Below, piece after piece: positions 18,737 to 27,969 of a stretch of DNA of 64,000 nucleotides. Source of the stretch: Anaerolineales bacterium (lineage in GTDB: Bacteria; Chloroflexota; Anaerolineae; Anaerolineales; UBA4823); the NCBI GenBank assembly GCA_041558875.1, contig JBFFEL010000004.1, forward strand, positions 6,980 through 70,979, given 5' to 3'. The notes beneath the pieces are model-generated. The model had not been told where the DNA came from and did no database searches. It worked only from the letters and a program-made list of their open reading frames with translations. The position numbers and the translations under genes are program-made. Position 1 is the first letter of the stretch. Each line of letters starts with the position of its first letter.

Positions 18737-19780
18737 CTAGAACATCAGCGCGTTAACTTGATCGATGGACTCAGGCGGCGGCCTCATCTGATGCTCCTTG
18801 AGCCGGTTGAGGGGCACATCAGTCAGATTGTAGATATCAAACAGAGAAGGCTGCTCGGTATCGATGTAGATCAAACCGGTGATCAACCAGTTCTTGCGAT
18901 TAGCTTCTTCCAACAGGGCGATCGCACCGCTACGGTTGGTGGGATCATAATCATGTTCCAATTTCTTAAGCACCACCGTGGAACCATCATGCATGGTGAC
19001 ATCGATCATTTCTCCTTCAGCATAATCCACGATAATATCTTCCATTGGTGGTACGTAGGATAATTCGTGGAGAGCAACCTCGTGATTCCGGCCCCAAGCA
19101 TAGGAATGCATCGACTCATCTGTGTTGTTAAAGGTCACACAAGGGCTGATGATGTCCAGGATGGCAATCCCCTGATGACTCAGAGCAGCTTTCAGAAGCT
19201 CTTTGACCTGTTTTGGGTCGCCTGCAAAGGATCGGGCTACGAAGGTCGCGTTGCCAACCACGGCCTCCAAGGCGATGTCCACCGGCATGTACATATTTGT
19301 TCCATGCCCCTTTAATGTCAAGCCGGATTCCGCAGTTGCGGAGAATTGACCTTTGGTCAATCCATAAACACCATTATTTTCAACAACGTATACAAAGGGT
19401 AAATTGCGTCTAATGATGTGCTTAAATTGACCCATACCGATGCTGGCAGTGTCTCCATCACCACTGACTCCGATCGCCTCCAGGTGATGGTTTCCGAACA
19501 TGGCTCCAGTTGCCAGGGAGGGCATGCGGCCGTGCAGGCCATTGAATCCGAAGGATCTGCCCAGGAAATATGCCGGGCTCTTGCTGGAACAGCCAATTCC
19601 GCTGAATTTAACAACCGACTCAGGCTTGAGATCGAGTTCATAGCTGGCGGCGATGATCTGGCTGGAGATCGAATTATGCCCACAACCCTGGCACAAAGTG
19701 GTTGGTTTACCGCGATAATCACCCTTGGTAAGACCAACGAGATTTACTTTTCCACGTTTTTTTGTATTTTGATCGGCCAT
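18737..19780 (-). CDS. korB: 2-oxoacid:ferredoxin oxidoreductase, beta subunit (TPP-binding)
   Basis: 347 aa with CQGCGH, GIGCSS and GDGD...IG TPP-motif context. The start overlaps the korA stop (TAATG). Confidence 0.9.
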   Translation of the reverse strand: MADQNTKKRGKVNLVGLTKGDYRGKPTTLCQGCGHNSISSQIIAASYELDLKPESVVKFSGIGCSSKSPAYFLGRSFGFNGLHGRMPSLATGAMFGNHHLEAIGVSGDGDTASIGMGQFKHIIRRNLPFVYVVENNGVYGLTKGQFSATAESGLTLKGHGTNMYMPVDIALEAVVGNATFVARSFAGDPKQVKELLKAALSHQGIAILDIISPCVTFNNTDESMHSYAWGRNHEVALHELSYVPPMEDIIVDYAEGEMIDVTMHDGSTVVLKKLEHDYDPTNRSGAIALLEEANRKNWLITGLIYIDTEQPSLFDIYNLTDVPLNRLKEHQMRPPPESIDQVNALMF

Positions 19781-21618
19781 TACTTCTTATCCTCTTCCTG
19801 CATAATCCGGTTCTCAATCCAGCTGGCTGTCAAGGGCAAACCATCCAGATGGGCGATGGAGGTGATTTTTGCACAGACCGCAGCATATTCTAAAGACAAC
19901 AATTGGTGCAACTGGCCATCGCGATTCATCTCAACCACGTAGGATTTTTCATGAGCATAGATGAACTCGGTGACTTCATCGGTAAACGGTATCGCCCTCA
20001 GGCGGAGAAAATCCGTCTTCAATCCAGCTTTCGCCAGGTGATGGCGCGCCTCCTGGACTGCAGGCTCGGTTGAGCCAAAAGCGATAATCCCGACATCAGC
20101 ATCTTCCATGTTATCGATGACTGGTTTTGGCACCAGATTCCGCGCGGTATCGAATTTTCGACTCAAGCGGGCCATGTTGCGCTCGTATTCACCAGCATCC
20201 TCAGTGTAAACTGCATTTTCGTTATGGCCTGTACCCCTGCCGAACCAGGCGCTGGCCGGATGCTGGTTGCCAGGAACAGTCCGGTATGGTATTCCATCAC
20301 CATCGACATCCTTATAACGCGCCCATTTCCCGGATAATTCTTCTAAATCTGCCTCCCAAAGCACCTTGCCGCGGTCCATGGGCTGATCAGGATATTCAAA
20401 AGGTTTTGCCATCCATTGGTTCATGCCGATATCCAAATCGCTGAGAACGTAGATGGGCCACTGCAGCTTCTCCGCCAGATCGAATGACTGCCAACCAAAC
20501 TCAAAGCACTCGTTCACCGAGCCAGGCAGTAGAATCACGTTTTGGGTATCGCCATGACCAAGGAAATAGACCATTGAGATATCGCCTTGAGAAGTGCGGG
20601 TTGGCAAACCTGTACTGGGACCTACTCGTTGGATGTCCCACACAACCACCGGTACTTCGGAATAATAAGCCAGTCCAGCGTATTCCGTCATCAAGCTGAG
20701 GCCGGGACCGGAGGTGGAGGTCATGGCTCGCAAGCCAGACCACCCGGCACCAATGGCCATTCCGATAGCGGCCAGTTCATCCTCAGCTTGCATAATGGCG
20801 TAAGTGTTCTTACCTGTTTCCGGATCTTTTCGCAGCATCGCCACGTATTCCTCAAGCGCTTCAACCAGGCTGGTGGCGGGAGTAATTGGGTACCAGGCTG
20901 CGAAATTTACGCCACCATAGATGGAGCCCAATGCCGCAGCAGTATTGCCATCCGACATGATCAACTCACTGGTCTTATCCATTGCTTCTACACGGTAAGG
21001 ATCCTGCTTTTCCAGATTGTTTCCTGCCCAGTCAGCTGCAGCTTGAATGACACCGAAATTCAAATCGATAGGTTTTTGCTTGCCTTTGAAATGAAAATCA
21101 AGTGCCTGGTAAATTTTGTCATAATCAATCCCCAGCAGCTGGGCCAGGATGCCCACATATACCATATTGGCAATATAGTTCTTCAAGCTGGATGGGGCAT
21201 CCGCACCTTTAACCAGCTGATTGACCGGCATGGGATAGACAACAATGTCGTCCCTGTTGATGGGGAGCTTGATGTCATCAGCATACAAAAACACCCCACC
21301 AGGCAAAACATCGGCTAAATCCTGGGAAAATGAATCCGCATTCATGGCAACAACAATTTCCTGTTCTTCTCTACGGGCCAGGAAACCATCCTTGCTGACG
21401 CGAATGGTGTACCAGGTCGGCAATCCCTGGATATTTGATGGGAAAAGGTTCTTCCCCGAGACCGGGATGCCCATTTTAAAGAGGGCGCGCAGGAGGGTTA
21501 TGTTAGATGTCTGGCTGCCAGAACCGTTCGCTGTGCCAACAGTGATCGAAAAATCGTTGACTATTGAACCTAATTCAACTGCAGACTCTAATGAATTTTT
21601 TACATGTACTGCAGACAT
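19780..21618 (-). CDS. korA: 2-oxoacid:ferredoxin oxidoreductase, alpha subunit
   Basis: 612 aa. The N-terminal gamma-like domain (GTANGSGSQTSN) is fused to the alpha domain (AWYPITPATS). Confidence 0.9.
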   Translation of the reverse strand: MSAVHVKNSLESAVELGSIVNDFSITVGTANGSGSQTSNITLLRALFKMGIPVSGKNLFPSNIQGLPTWYTIRVSKDGFLARREEQEIVVAMNADSFSQDLADVLPGGVFLYADDIKLPINRDDIVVYPMPVNQLVKGADAPSSLKNYIANMVYVGILAQLLGIDYDKIYQALDFHFKGKQKPIDLNFGVIQAAADWAGNNLEKQDPYRVEAMDKTSELIMSDGNTAAALGSIYGGVNFAAWYPITPATSLVEALEEYVAMLRKDPETGKNTYAIMQAEDELAAIGMAIGAGWSGLRAMTSTSGPGLSLMTEYAGLAYYSEVPVVVWDIQRVGPSTGLPTRTSQGDISMVYFLGHGDTQNVILLPGSVNECFEFGWQSFDLAEKLQWPIYVLSDLDIGMNQWMAKPFEYPDQPMDRGKVLWEADLEELSGKWARYKDVDGDGIPYRTVPGNQHPASAWFGRGTGHNENAVYTEDAGEYERNMARLSRKFDTARNLVPKPVIDNMEDADVGIIAFGSTEPAVQEARHHLAKAGLKTDFLRLRAIPFTDEVTEFIYAHEKSYVVEMNRDGQLHQLLSLEYAAVCAKITSIAHLDGLPLTASWIENRIMQEEDKK

Positions 21619-21647
21619 TTATTTCTCGACTCCTTTGAACAATTAAC

Positions 21648-22376
21648 TTAGAAATTGGTCAGCTCTCCAGATGATTGAGCGACCATGATATTTCCATCTT
21701 CTGCCTCAATTACTCTGTGCCGGATCAAATCAGTGTGATCGATAAGTGCCTGATAACCTGCATCCAGGTCTCCACTGCAAATGCTATCTACCATTTGTTG
21801 GTGATAAGTCCATACTTCTTCAAGATACTGGTACCCAGCATAGAGGTTCAATCCTACAGCTTCATAGGCTTCCCAATAGGCCTCGAGGATGCCAGAAACG
21901 AAGGGGTTATCCAATCTCTTGTAAATGGTAAGATGCAGCTGGCGATGTTCATGCTGTGGGATTTGAATCGGAGTACCGCGTAGTTTTTCCCAGGCTTGAT
22001 CTACCAAACTTTTCAAGACCAACTTGTCTTCATCGGTGAGTAGATTGACCGCCTGGTGCCAGTATGCCGCTTCCAGGTTGCGACGCAAATCTGCGAACTT
22101 CAGGAAATACTCGTAGTCAATGGTGATGGCGTAAGACAGGCTCTGCTCCACTGCCGGTGTGAACGAGTATGGCAACCGACGCAACCCGGTGCGGGGTTTC
22201 GCTTCAACCAGGCCCAGGGCACGACCGACTTCCATTTGTTCTCGCAACGACGAGACGCTTACTCCTAAGGTTTTGCTTAGATCTGTCAAGGAAGGCAGGC
22301 GTTCACAATCCTCATCAACCTGATATGTTTCAGCTAAGTAATTCAAGAAATCTGAAGAGAGGTTTTTTGGCATCAT
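21648..22376 (-). CDS. GntR/FadR-family transcriptional regulator (HTH + FCD domain)
   Basis: 242 aa. LPSLTDLSKTLGVSVSSLREQMEVGRALGLVEAKPRTG is a GntR HTH. The C-terminal domain is helical and FCD-like. The gene ends 29 nt upstream of korA. Confidence 0.85.
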   Translation of the reverse strand: MMPKNLSSDFLNYLAETYQVDEDCERLPSLTDLSKTLGVSVSSLREQMEVGRALGLVEAKPRTGLRRLPYSFTPAVEQSLSYAITIDYEYFLKFADLRRNLEAAYWHQAVNLLTDEDKLVLKSLVDQAWEKLRGTPIQIPQHEHRQLHLTIYKRLDNPFVSGILEAYWEAYEAVGLNLYAGYQYLEEVWTYHQQMVDSICSGDLDAGYQALIDHTDLIRHRVIEAEDGNIMVAQSSGELTNF

Positions 22377-22399
22377 GTGGCAAATCCGAGATTATTATT

Positions 22400-22409
22400 T
22401 GATTAATCA
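22400..22409. promoter_or_regulatory. 10-bp perfect palindrome TGATTAATCA just upstream of the GntR-family gene
   Basis: It lies 24 nt upstream of the start codon at 22376, in an AT-rich leader with flanking ATTATT repeats. Operator candidate only. Confidence 0.3.
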
Positions 22410-22625
22410 GATTATTCAGATGATTTGAATTATATCACGCATGAAATTAGCTGTCAAGCAAGTGGTTTTCTTGGAATTACCAGAACAAAGATTGTCTCGT
22501 TTCCCCCTCTCCAAGGATCCAAAAAACAACAATAGACATCAAAAATTAATGAGTTACTTCAATAACAACAATCCCTACAAATTATGTACAGGGACTTATT
22601 AGTGATAATGATCTCTGTTGATAAA

Positions 22626-23804
22626 TTAATTCTTATCAAGAAATTCAACCACTGAAGCTGCCATCAGGGCTGCTGCGCGAGGCAAGGCACTTTCATCGAA
22701 ATCAAACTTTGGATGGTGGTGGGCAGCGTCTAATCCCTGGTCATGGTTTGCAGATCCTACAAAAAAGTAACAACCGGGGATATCATCCATCAAATAAGCC
22801 ATATCTTCAGAGCCCATCGTGCGTTCATCAGTATCCAATTCAGCCTGTGGAAGAATCCTCGAAGCCACTCCACGAACACGCTCTGCCATCTCGAGATCGT
22901 TTACAGTAGCTGGTGTGATTTTGCGCAGGGCAACCTCCGCCTGGCAGCCCATCGCTTCAGATACTCCGACCACAATCTCCTGGAAACGCTCCAAGACAAG
23001 ATCGCGCACCTCGGGTTTGAAAGAACGGATGGTACCGCGCAGCTCGACCGTCTCAGGAATGACATTGAACGCCTCACCACCAGTCATACTGGTTACAGTC
23101 ACCACTGCTGACTCAAGCGGCGGTACATTGCGTGATACGATATTCTGCAAAGCCGATATCACCTGCGCACCAGCAACCACCGGATCGACTCCCAGCTGCG
23201 GTGCAGCCCCGTGACCTCCCCGACCGATTATTTTTACAGTAAATCGGTCTGAAGCAGACATCGCTGGTCCCGGGGTGACACCGATCCAACCAACAGGTTT
23301 CTCATTCCACATATGCATGGAAAGACTCCTATCCGGCCGGGGATTCTCCAGGACTCCATCCGCCACCATTGCTTCTGCTCCTCCCAGACCTTCTTCTGCA
23401 GGTTGGAAGACGAGTTTCACCGTACCATTCAACTCGGCCTTGTGAGCTTCCAAAATCCGGGCTACTGCTAACCCGGCAGCAGTATGTCCATCATGTCCGC
23501 AGGCATGCATCACGCCTGGAGTTTGGGAGGCGTATTCAGCACCGGTCTCCTCCTGGATCGGCAGCGCATCCATGTCAAACCGCGCCAGTATCACCGGACC
23601 GGGGTTGCCACCCTCAAGTGTCGCGACAACGCCGGTTTTCCCCACCCCGGTGCTCACTTCCAAACCAAGCTGGTTCAGTTCCCTGGCTACAATCCCGGCC
23701 GTGCGCACCTCTTGAAAACCCAGTTCAGGGTGCTGGTGAAAATCCCGACGCAGATCACGGGTATATTCAAATAATCCCTGAGCTTCTCGTAAAAAATCTA
23801 TCAT
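22626..23804 (-). CDS. M20 family amidohydrolase (M20D, N-acyl-amino-acid/hippurate hydrolase type)
   Basis: 392 aa with the typical M20D signatures HQHPELGFQE, MHACGHDGH and FQPAEEG. Confidence 0.9.
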   Translation of the reverse strand: MIDFLREAQGLFEYTRDLRRDFHQHPELGFQEVRTAGIVARELNQLGLEVSTGVGKTGVVATLEGGNPGPVILARFDMDALPIQEETGAEYASQTPGVMHACGHDGHTAAGLAVARILEAHKAELNGTVKLVFQPAEEGLGGAEAMVADGVLENPRPDRSLSMHMWNEKPVGWIGVTPGPAMSASDRFTVKIIGRGGHGAAPQLGVDPVVAGAQVISALQNIVSRNVPPLESAVVTVTSMTGGEAFNVIPETVELRGTIRSFKPEVRDLVLERFQEIVVGVSEAMGCQAEVALRKITPATVNDLEMAERVRGVASRILPQAELDTDERTMGSEDMAYLMDDIPGCYFFVGSANHDQGLDAAHHHPKFDFDESALPRAAALMAASVVEFLDKN

Positions 23805-23823
23805 GCAGCCTCCAGGTTTTATA

Positions 23824-24195
23824 TTATGGATATTCTTTCAGTCCAAAATGGGCTGCCCCACAATTGGGTGTATTAACCACAACGGGAGTGGTCGGCCAAT
23901 AACCATCCGGGACATTCAAAATCAGGGCATACTGTCCGCAGGTATCACCAGCTTTGAATGGAAAGGTATTCCCCTCAGCATCGGTCACGGGTCGCATCCA
24001 CAGGTGACCATTTGCCAGGTCAACGATCTGGACAACAATCCCTTCCAGAGGCTGTTCTTCCTCTCCCTGTCTGCCATCCCCATCAACATCTTCCCAAACA
24101 TGAGCTGAATAGGATGGTTCACTCGCTCTGCAAGCCGTAGCGAGACACAACAACAAGATACCCGCAATCAATAATACTTTTCGATCCATAGGCAT
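23824..24195 (-). CDS. Small secreted/lipoprotein with SdrD B-like (Cna-B-type) domain
   Basis: 123 aa with signal peptide and Cys (LLCLATAC). VWEDVDGDGRQGEEEQPLEGIVVQIVD...TDAEGNTFPF matches the SD-repeat B-domain pattern. Confidence 0.55.
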   Translation of the reverse strand: MPMDRKVLLIAGILLLCLATACRASEPSYSAHVWEDVDGDGRQGEEEQPLEGIVVQIVDLANGHLWMRPVTDAEGNTFPFKAGDTCGQYALILNVPDGYWPTTPVVVNTPNCGAAHFGLKEYP

Positions 24196-24621
24196 CCTCC
24201 CTTCTAGCGAGATTCACTTGTTGAAAAAATTTTTCAAACCTTATTGACATTATGATGGATTATACTTTCGATTACCGAATTAAGTTCTATTAGATACATT
24301 ATGCAACACTGCTAAATTCCCCAAAATAGGTGAATTCGTTCCGTAGGAAAGCATGAATTAGCATATCTGGATAAGAGCAAGAAAAAAGTCATAACTCCAA
24401 AATACCAATAATGTTTCGAGTGATAATCTGAGATTCTGACATTGACACTCTTTAATCAATAACTATAAAAATTGATCTCAATCTTATCGATAATAGTAGA
24501 TGTCAAGAGGCTATTAATGGTAAGAAGTTTCAAGATTTCTCAATCCTGTTACTTCCTTTTATTAATTTCGAATTGATTGAAAATTCTCGCCATAACTTGA
24601 GTGCTTGTCAGCTTTAAAGGA

Positions 24622-25530
24622 TTAATTTGACATGCTGTATTCGATTTCATCCAAATACCCACGCCAGTAGGGTAGGTCACCACTAGGGAGGTTCCACTCT
24701 GCCTCGCCCTCAAGGGGGACAAGTATCCCATTTCTAAGTTGGTAGTTTTTAAAATAGCCTGTCCATGGGGTTGGTACGTAATTGCCATCTACTTCTCGAG
24801 GTCTTTCATCAGCAAATATTCGCTCTACATCGTCGTGATTATTGAAGTAGAAAACTAACGATACTTTGTTCCATTTGTCTTCTAAACTAGCCATTGCGGA
24901 GTTGTCATCAATTGGGACCCATTCAATCCCTTGAGCGGGTAAAAATGCTGGTGGATACCAAACAGCTTCCGTTAAATACCTCATTAGCTCCCCGGAATTT
25001 AATTCTGGACTGCTTTTCGAATTGACTATGGACAGAGTGGAGGCGACTTTTGCACATAGAGTACTTTCACCGGCCTTATACAAGTCAACAACTCTCACCG
25101 GGATGAATGGAATAAATTCAATACTGCCATCCCATATGAACCCAGGAGGTTCAACTGTGAAATGCTGGGTCGCTTGGAATGATTTCCAACCAGGAATCTC
25201 ATCACCTAAGCAGAAATCACCTCTCTGGCGAATGTAAACTGTATTAATATACGGTTGTCTTTCAGGGATTACCTTTTTTAGATATCATTGAACGGGTTCA
25301 GGAAGACCTTTAAGATCATTGTAGCTAAAAGCTCTTGATGAAGGTTGAGGATTCTTTGAGAGAAGCTCCTCAAGCAGATCTGCATTTTCCATCTCAAACC
25401 GAAGATAATTCATTGCAACAATCCCCAATAAATAGATAACAGCAAGGCTAAGAATTGTTAGGGGAATCTTTATCCACATCTGGTCAAAATCCTCCGATTT
25501 GATCATTGGGTTTTTAATAAGAATCGTCAA
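24622..25530 (-). pseudogene. DUF6544-like gene interrupted by a single in-frame TGA
   Basis: ORFs 25285..25530 and 24622..25098 plus the sequence between them are one continuous frame. It reads ...GLPEPVQ*YLKKVIPERQPYINTVYIRQRGDF...PPGFIWDGS...VRVVDLYKAGES...RYLTEAVWYPPAF.... The TGA at 25285-25287 sits where the family motif (as I recall it, PEPVQRYL) has Arg. Confidence 0.6.
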
Positions 25531-25857
25531 CTTTTATTATCCAAGAACGTGACATAGCGATTATTGAACGAATCATGACAATATAAACCAGCCGATCAAT
25601 TTTAAGAATCCATCATTACAAAGTATAAGATTTGATTGTCAAAATTCTATTGAATCATTTTAAAAAACAGGTACAAAAATATTGTTAAATGTAGGATTTT
25701 TCATACGGGTTTTTGTTTACCCAGAGGATAAAAATTGTAACTCCCTGCATACCATTATTAAGAAGATACGGAGGAAACTCAACTCAATCTTATATCAAGA
25801 CCTAAGAAAAAGGAAATCCAAGTCATAAAACAGCAACTAATCAAGTGCTTTATACTT

Positions 25858-26871
25858 ATGAATATGACAGACCCAATAATAAAAATTTATAAAGGCTTAG
25901 AAGGCTATAAACAGCTGCTGATAATTCCACATAATGATCCTGATCCTGATGCCATCGCTACAGCGATAGGTTTGCGTTATTTAGTTACTGAAAAGCTTGG
26001 TAATACTGCTCAGATAGGTTATCGCGGCAACATTGGGCGTTCTAAGAACAAGGCACTTGTCCGATATTTAGACCACCCCCTTCACAAACTTGATCAGCAA
26101 GAGATGCGTCAAAATATACCCATAGCTTTGGTTGATACACAACCAGGTGCGGGGAATAATCCATTACCAGAAAACATCCCTGCCACAATTGTTATCGATC
26201 ATCATGAATGGCGAGAAATTTCATCCAAGGCACGGTTTTTTGACATTAGACCTGAAATTGGAGCATCAGCGACAATTTTGACAGAATACCTTCAGATGGC
26301 AGAATTGGATTTTTCTCCTGAACTTGCTACTGCTTTGTTCTATGGGATAAAAACCGACACGATGGGTCTGGGCCGTGGCGCATCCTCCGCTGATGCCGCC
26401 GCTTATTTCTTTTTACAGCCCAAAGTCGATGTTGAAACTTTAGTGCAAATAGAGCGTGCACAGGTTCCGATAACCTATTTCATGAGCCTCGACACGGCAA
26501 TACATGCAGCACGACTGTATGACAATGATCTGGTTATTTCAAATGTAAGAATTCTGAAATGCCCGGATTTAGGTGCAGAGATTGCCGATATACTGTTGCG
26601 TTTGCAGGGTGTAAAATGGTTCATATGTGTGGGGGTATATAAGGATGACTTGATTTTATCTCTCCGGTCCCGCAGCCGGAAAATTGGTGCTGGCAATCTA
26701 GCTAAACAAGTCATCGGGAATCAAGGTGTAGCAGGTGGACACGGGACGATAGCTGGTGGTCAAATCCGAATAAATAATCAAAACCCATACCAATTGTCAA
26801 ACCAAATAACCAAGATAGCCCTTCAGCATTTAAAGGGAGATTCATCTGTGGTTGGAATCCCATTGATTTAG
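25858..26871 (+). CDS. DHH/DHHA1 family phosphoesterase (NrnA-like), paralog 1
   Basis: 337 aa with IIPHNDPDPDAIATA, VIDHHEW and a GGHGTIAGG DHHA1 motif. It is a paralog of 45355..46368, which has the same length. Confidence 0.85.
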   Translation: MNMTDPIIKIYKGLEGYKQLLIIPHNDPDPDAIATAIGLRYLVTEKLGNTAQIGYRGNIGRSKNKALVRYLDHPLHKLDQQEMRQNIPIALVDTQPGAGNNPLPENIPATIVIDHHEWREISSKARFFDIRPEIGASATILTEYLQMAELDFSPELATALFYGIKTDTMGLGRGASSADAAAYFFLQPKVDVETLVQIERAQVPITYFMSLDTAIHAARLYDNDLVISNVRILKCPDLGAEIADILLRLQGVKWFICVGVYKDDLILSLRSRSRKIGAGNLAKQVIGNQGVAGGHGTIAGGQIRINNQNPYQLSNQITKIALQHLKGDSSVVGIPLI

Positions 26872-26881
26872 GAGGTGAAGT

Positions 26882-27562
26882 GTGCAAGCAGTATTAATTT
26901 CGCCTTTCGCAGACGAAGCCAACATCCTGCAAGTAATTTTGCAGCAAGCCGGATTCATGGTTCGAGCCACGCACAATTTTGATCAAGCCATTGAATCCTG
27001 GCCAAACAAACCTGCAGATCTTATTCTGATCGTATTGACTGGGGAACATTCTAAATCGTTAACTCAAGTAAAATTGTTACGGGCACATACCGTGGTGCCG
27101 ATTCTACTCATATCCGATTTGCTTCCTGATGACGAACATGTCAATTATCTCGAAGCCGGAGCTGACCTAGTTTTATTCCGGCCATACAGCGTTCGAGCCC
27201 TTTTAGCCCAAATACGCGCCATATTGCGCCGTAGTGCTGGTGTGCCTTTTTTTAGCCTACCTACTCTGACACAGAAAGATGTCATGCTGGATCCTACCGA
27301 CCGAACCGTTCGGGTTGGGGAGCAAGATCCCAAACGTTTGACCCAATTGGAGTTTCGTCTGCTCTACACATTGATGACCCATGTTGGTCAGATTATCCCG
27401 ACTGATAAGATAGTTGAACATGTTTGGGGATATTCAGGCGAAGGCAATCGGGAATTGGTGCGCGGTCTGGTGCAGAGGGTGCGTTCAAAAATCGAAGCTG
27501 AACCCCACAAACCTGAATACATTCTCACAGAAGTCGGTATCGGTTATTATTTCAGCCGCTAG
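26882..27562 (+). CDS. OmpR-family winged-helix regulator with degenerate (pseudo-)receiver domain, paralog 1
   Basis: 226 aa, GTG start with GGAGG. The C-terminal trans_reg_C pattern is LTQLEFRLLYTLM...VWGY...VRGLVQRVRSKIE...GIGYYF. In the receiver, SPFADE replaces the DD pocket, ADLILIVLTG has Val at the phospho-Asp position, and RPYS has Arg at the conserved Lys. Confidence 0.8.
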   Translation: MQAVLISPFADEANILQVILQQAGFMVRATHNFDQAIESWPNKPADLILIVLTGEHSKSLTQVKLLRAHTVVPILLISDLLPDDEHVNYLEAGADLVLFRPYSVRALLAQIRAILRRSAGVPFFSLPTLTQKDVMLDPTDRTVRVGEQDPKRLTQLEFRLLYTLMTHVGQIIPTDKIVEHVWGYSGEGNRELVRGLVQRVRSKIEAEPHKPEYILTEVGIGYYFSR

Positions 27563-27742
27563 GTAATCCCAATGTAGTTATTACTACGTAACAAATCTCG
27601 GGAGCTAGATTGTTTTCTACGAGGGGGAAAACAAGTATATAAAAATTCACACTGGGGGTCAATTTTTAATACAAATCCTCAATACTCATTAGACCAATTT
27701 TGAATACCAACTTAGTAAACTGCGGCCAGAAAGAATACGATC

Positions 27743-27931
27743 ATGATTACAGCAACCTGTCCGGAGTGTAAGCATTTGATTAATCTGATTTCATTGCCAG
27801 AAATCGGCAAACTATTTATGTGCGAGAGCTGCGACACAAAGCTCGAAGTAACCTGGCTGTTCCCAGTAATCTTGGACTATCAAGAGTATGAAAAACAGCT
27901 GGCCAGCGATGAGGACAAGAACCTGAAGTAA
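27743..27931 (+). CDS. LysW-like C4 zinc-ribbon small protein
   Basis: 62 aa with CPEC-x17-CESC, then KLEVTWLFPVILDY and the acidic tail QEYEKQLASDEDKNLK. Confidence 0.55.
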   Translation: MITATCPECKHLINLISLPEIGKLFMCESCDTKLEVTWLFPVILDYQEYEKQLASDEDKNLK

Positions 27932-27969
27932 TTGGCTCCATATCTTACACGGCTCACTTTATAGAAGGA

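Noticed and set aside
20587-21318. 243-aa plus-strand ORF; similar long antisense ORFs at 19418-19942, 23369-23902, 8580-9167, 28813-29442, 35682-36083 and 63309-63854
   Set aside because: All are fully embedded antisense in genes with strong family signatures (korA, korB, M20, FAH, NBR1-Ig protein, ATP-grasp, minD). Their composition is low-complexity and Arg/Ser/Pro-rich, as expected for shadow frames.
25285-25287. TGA as selenocysteine codon
   Set aside because: No convincing SECIS-like hairpin lies in the 40 nt downstream on the minus strand. The family position is Arg (CGA), so a nonsense transition or a sequencing error is simpler.
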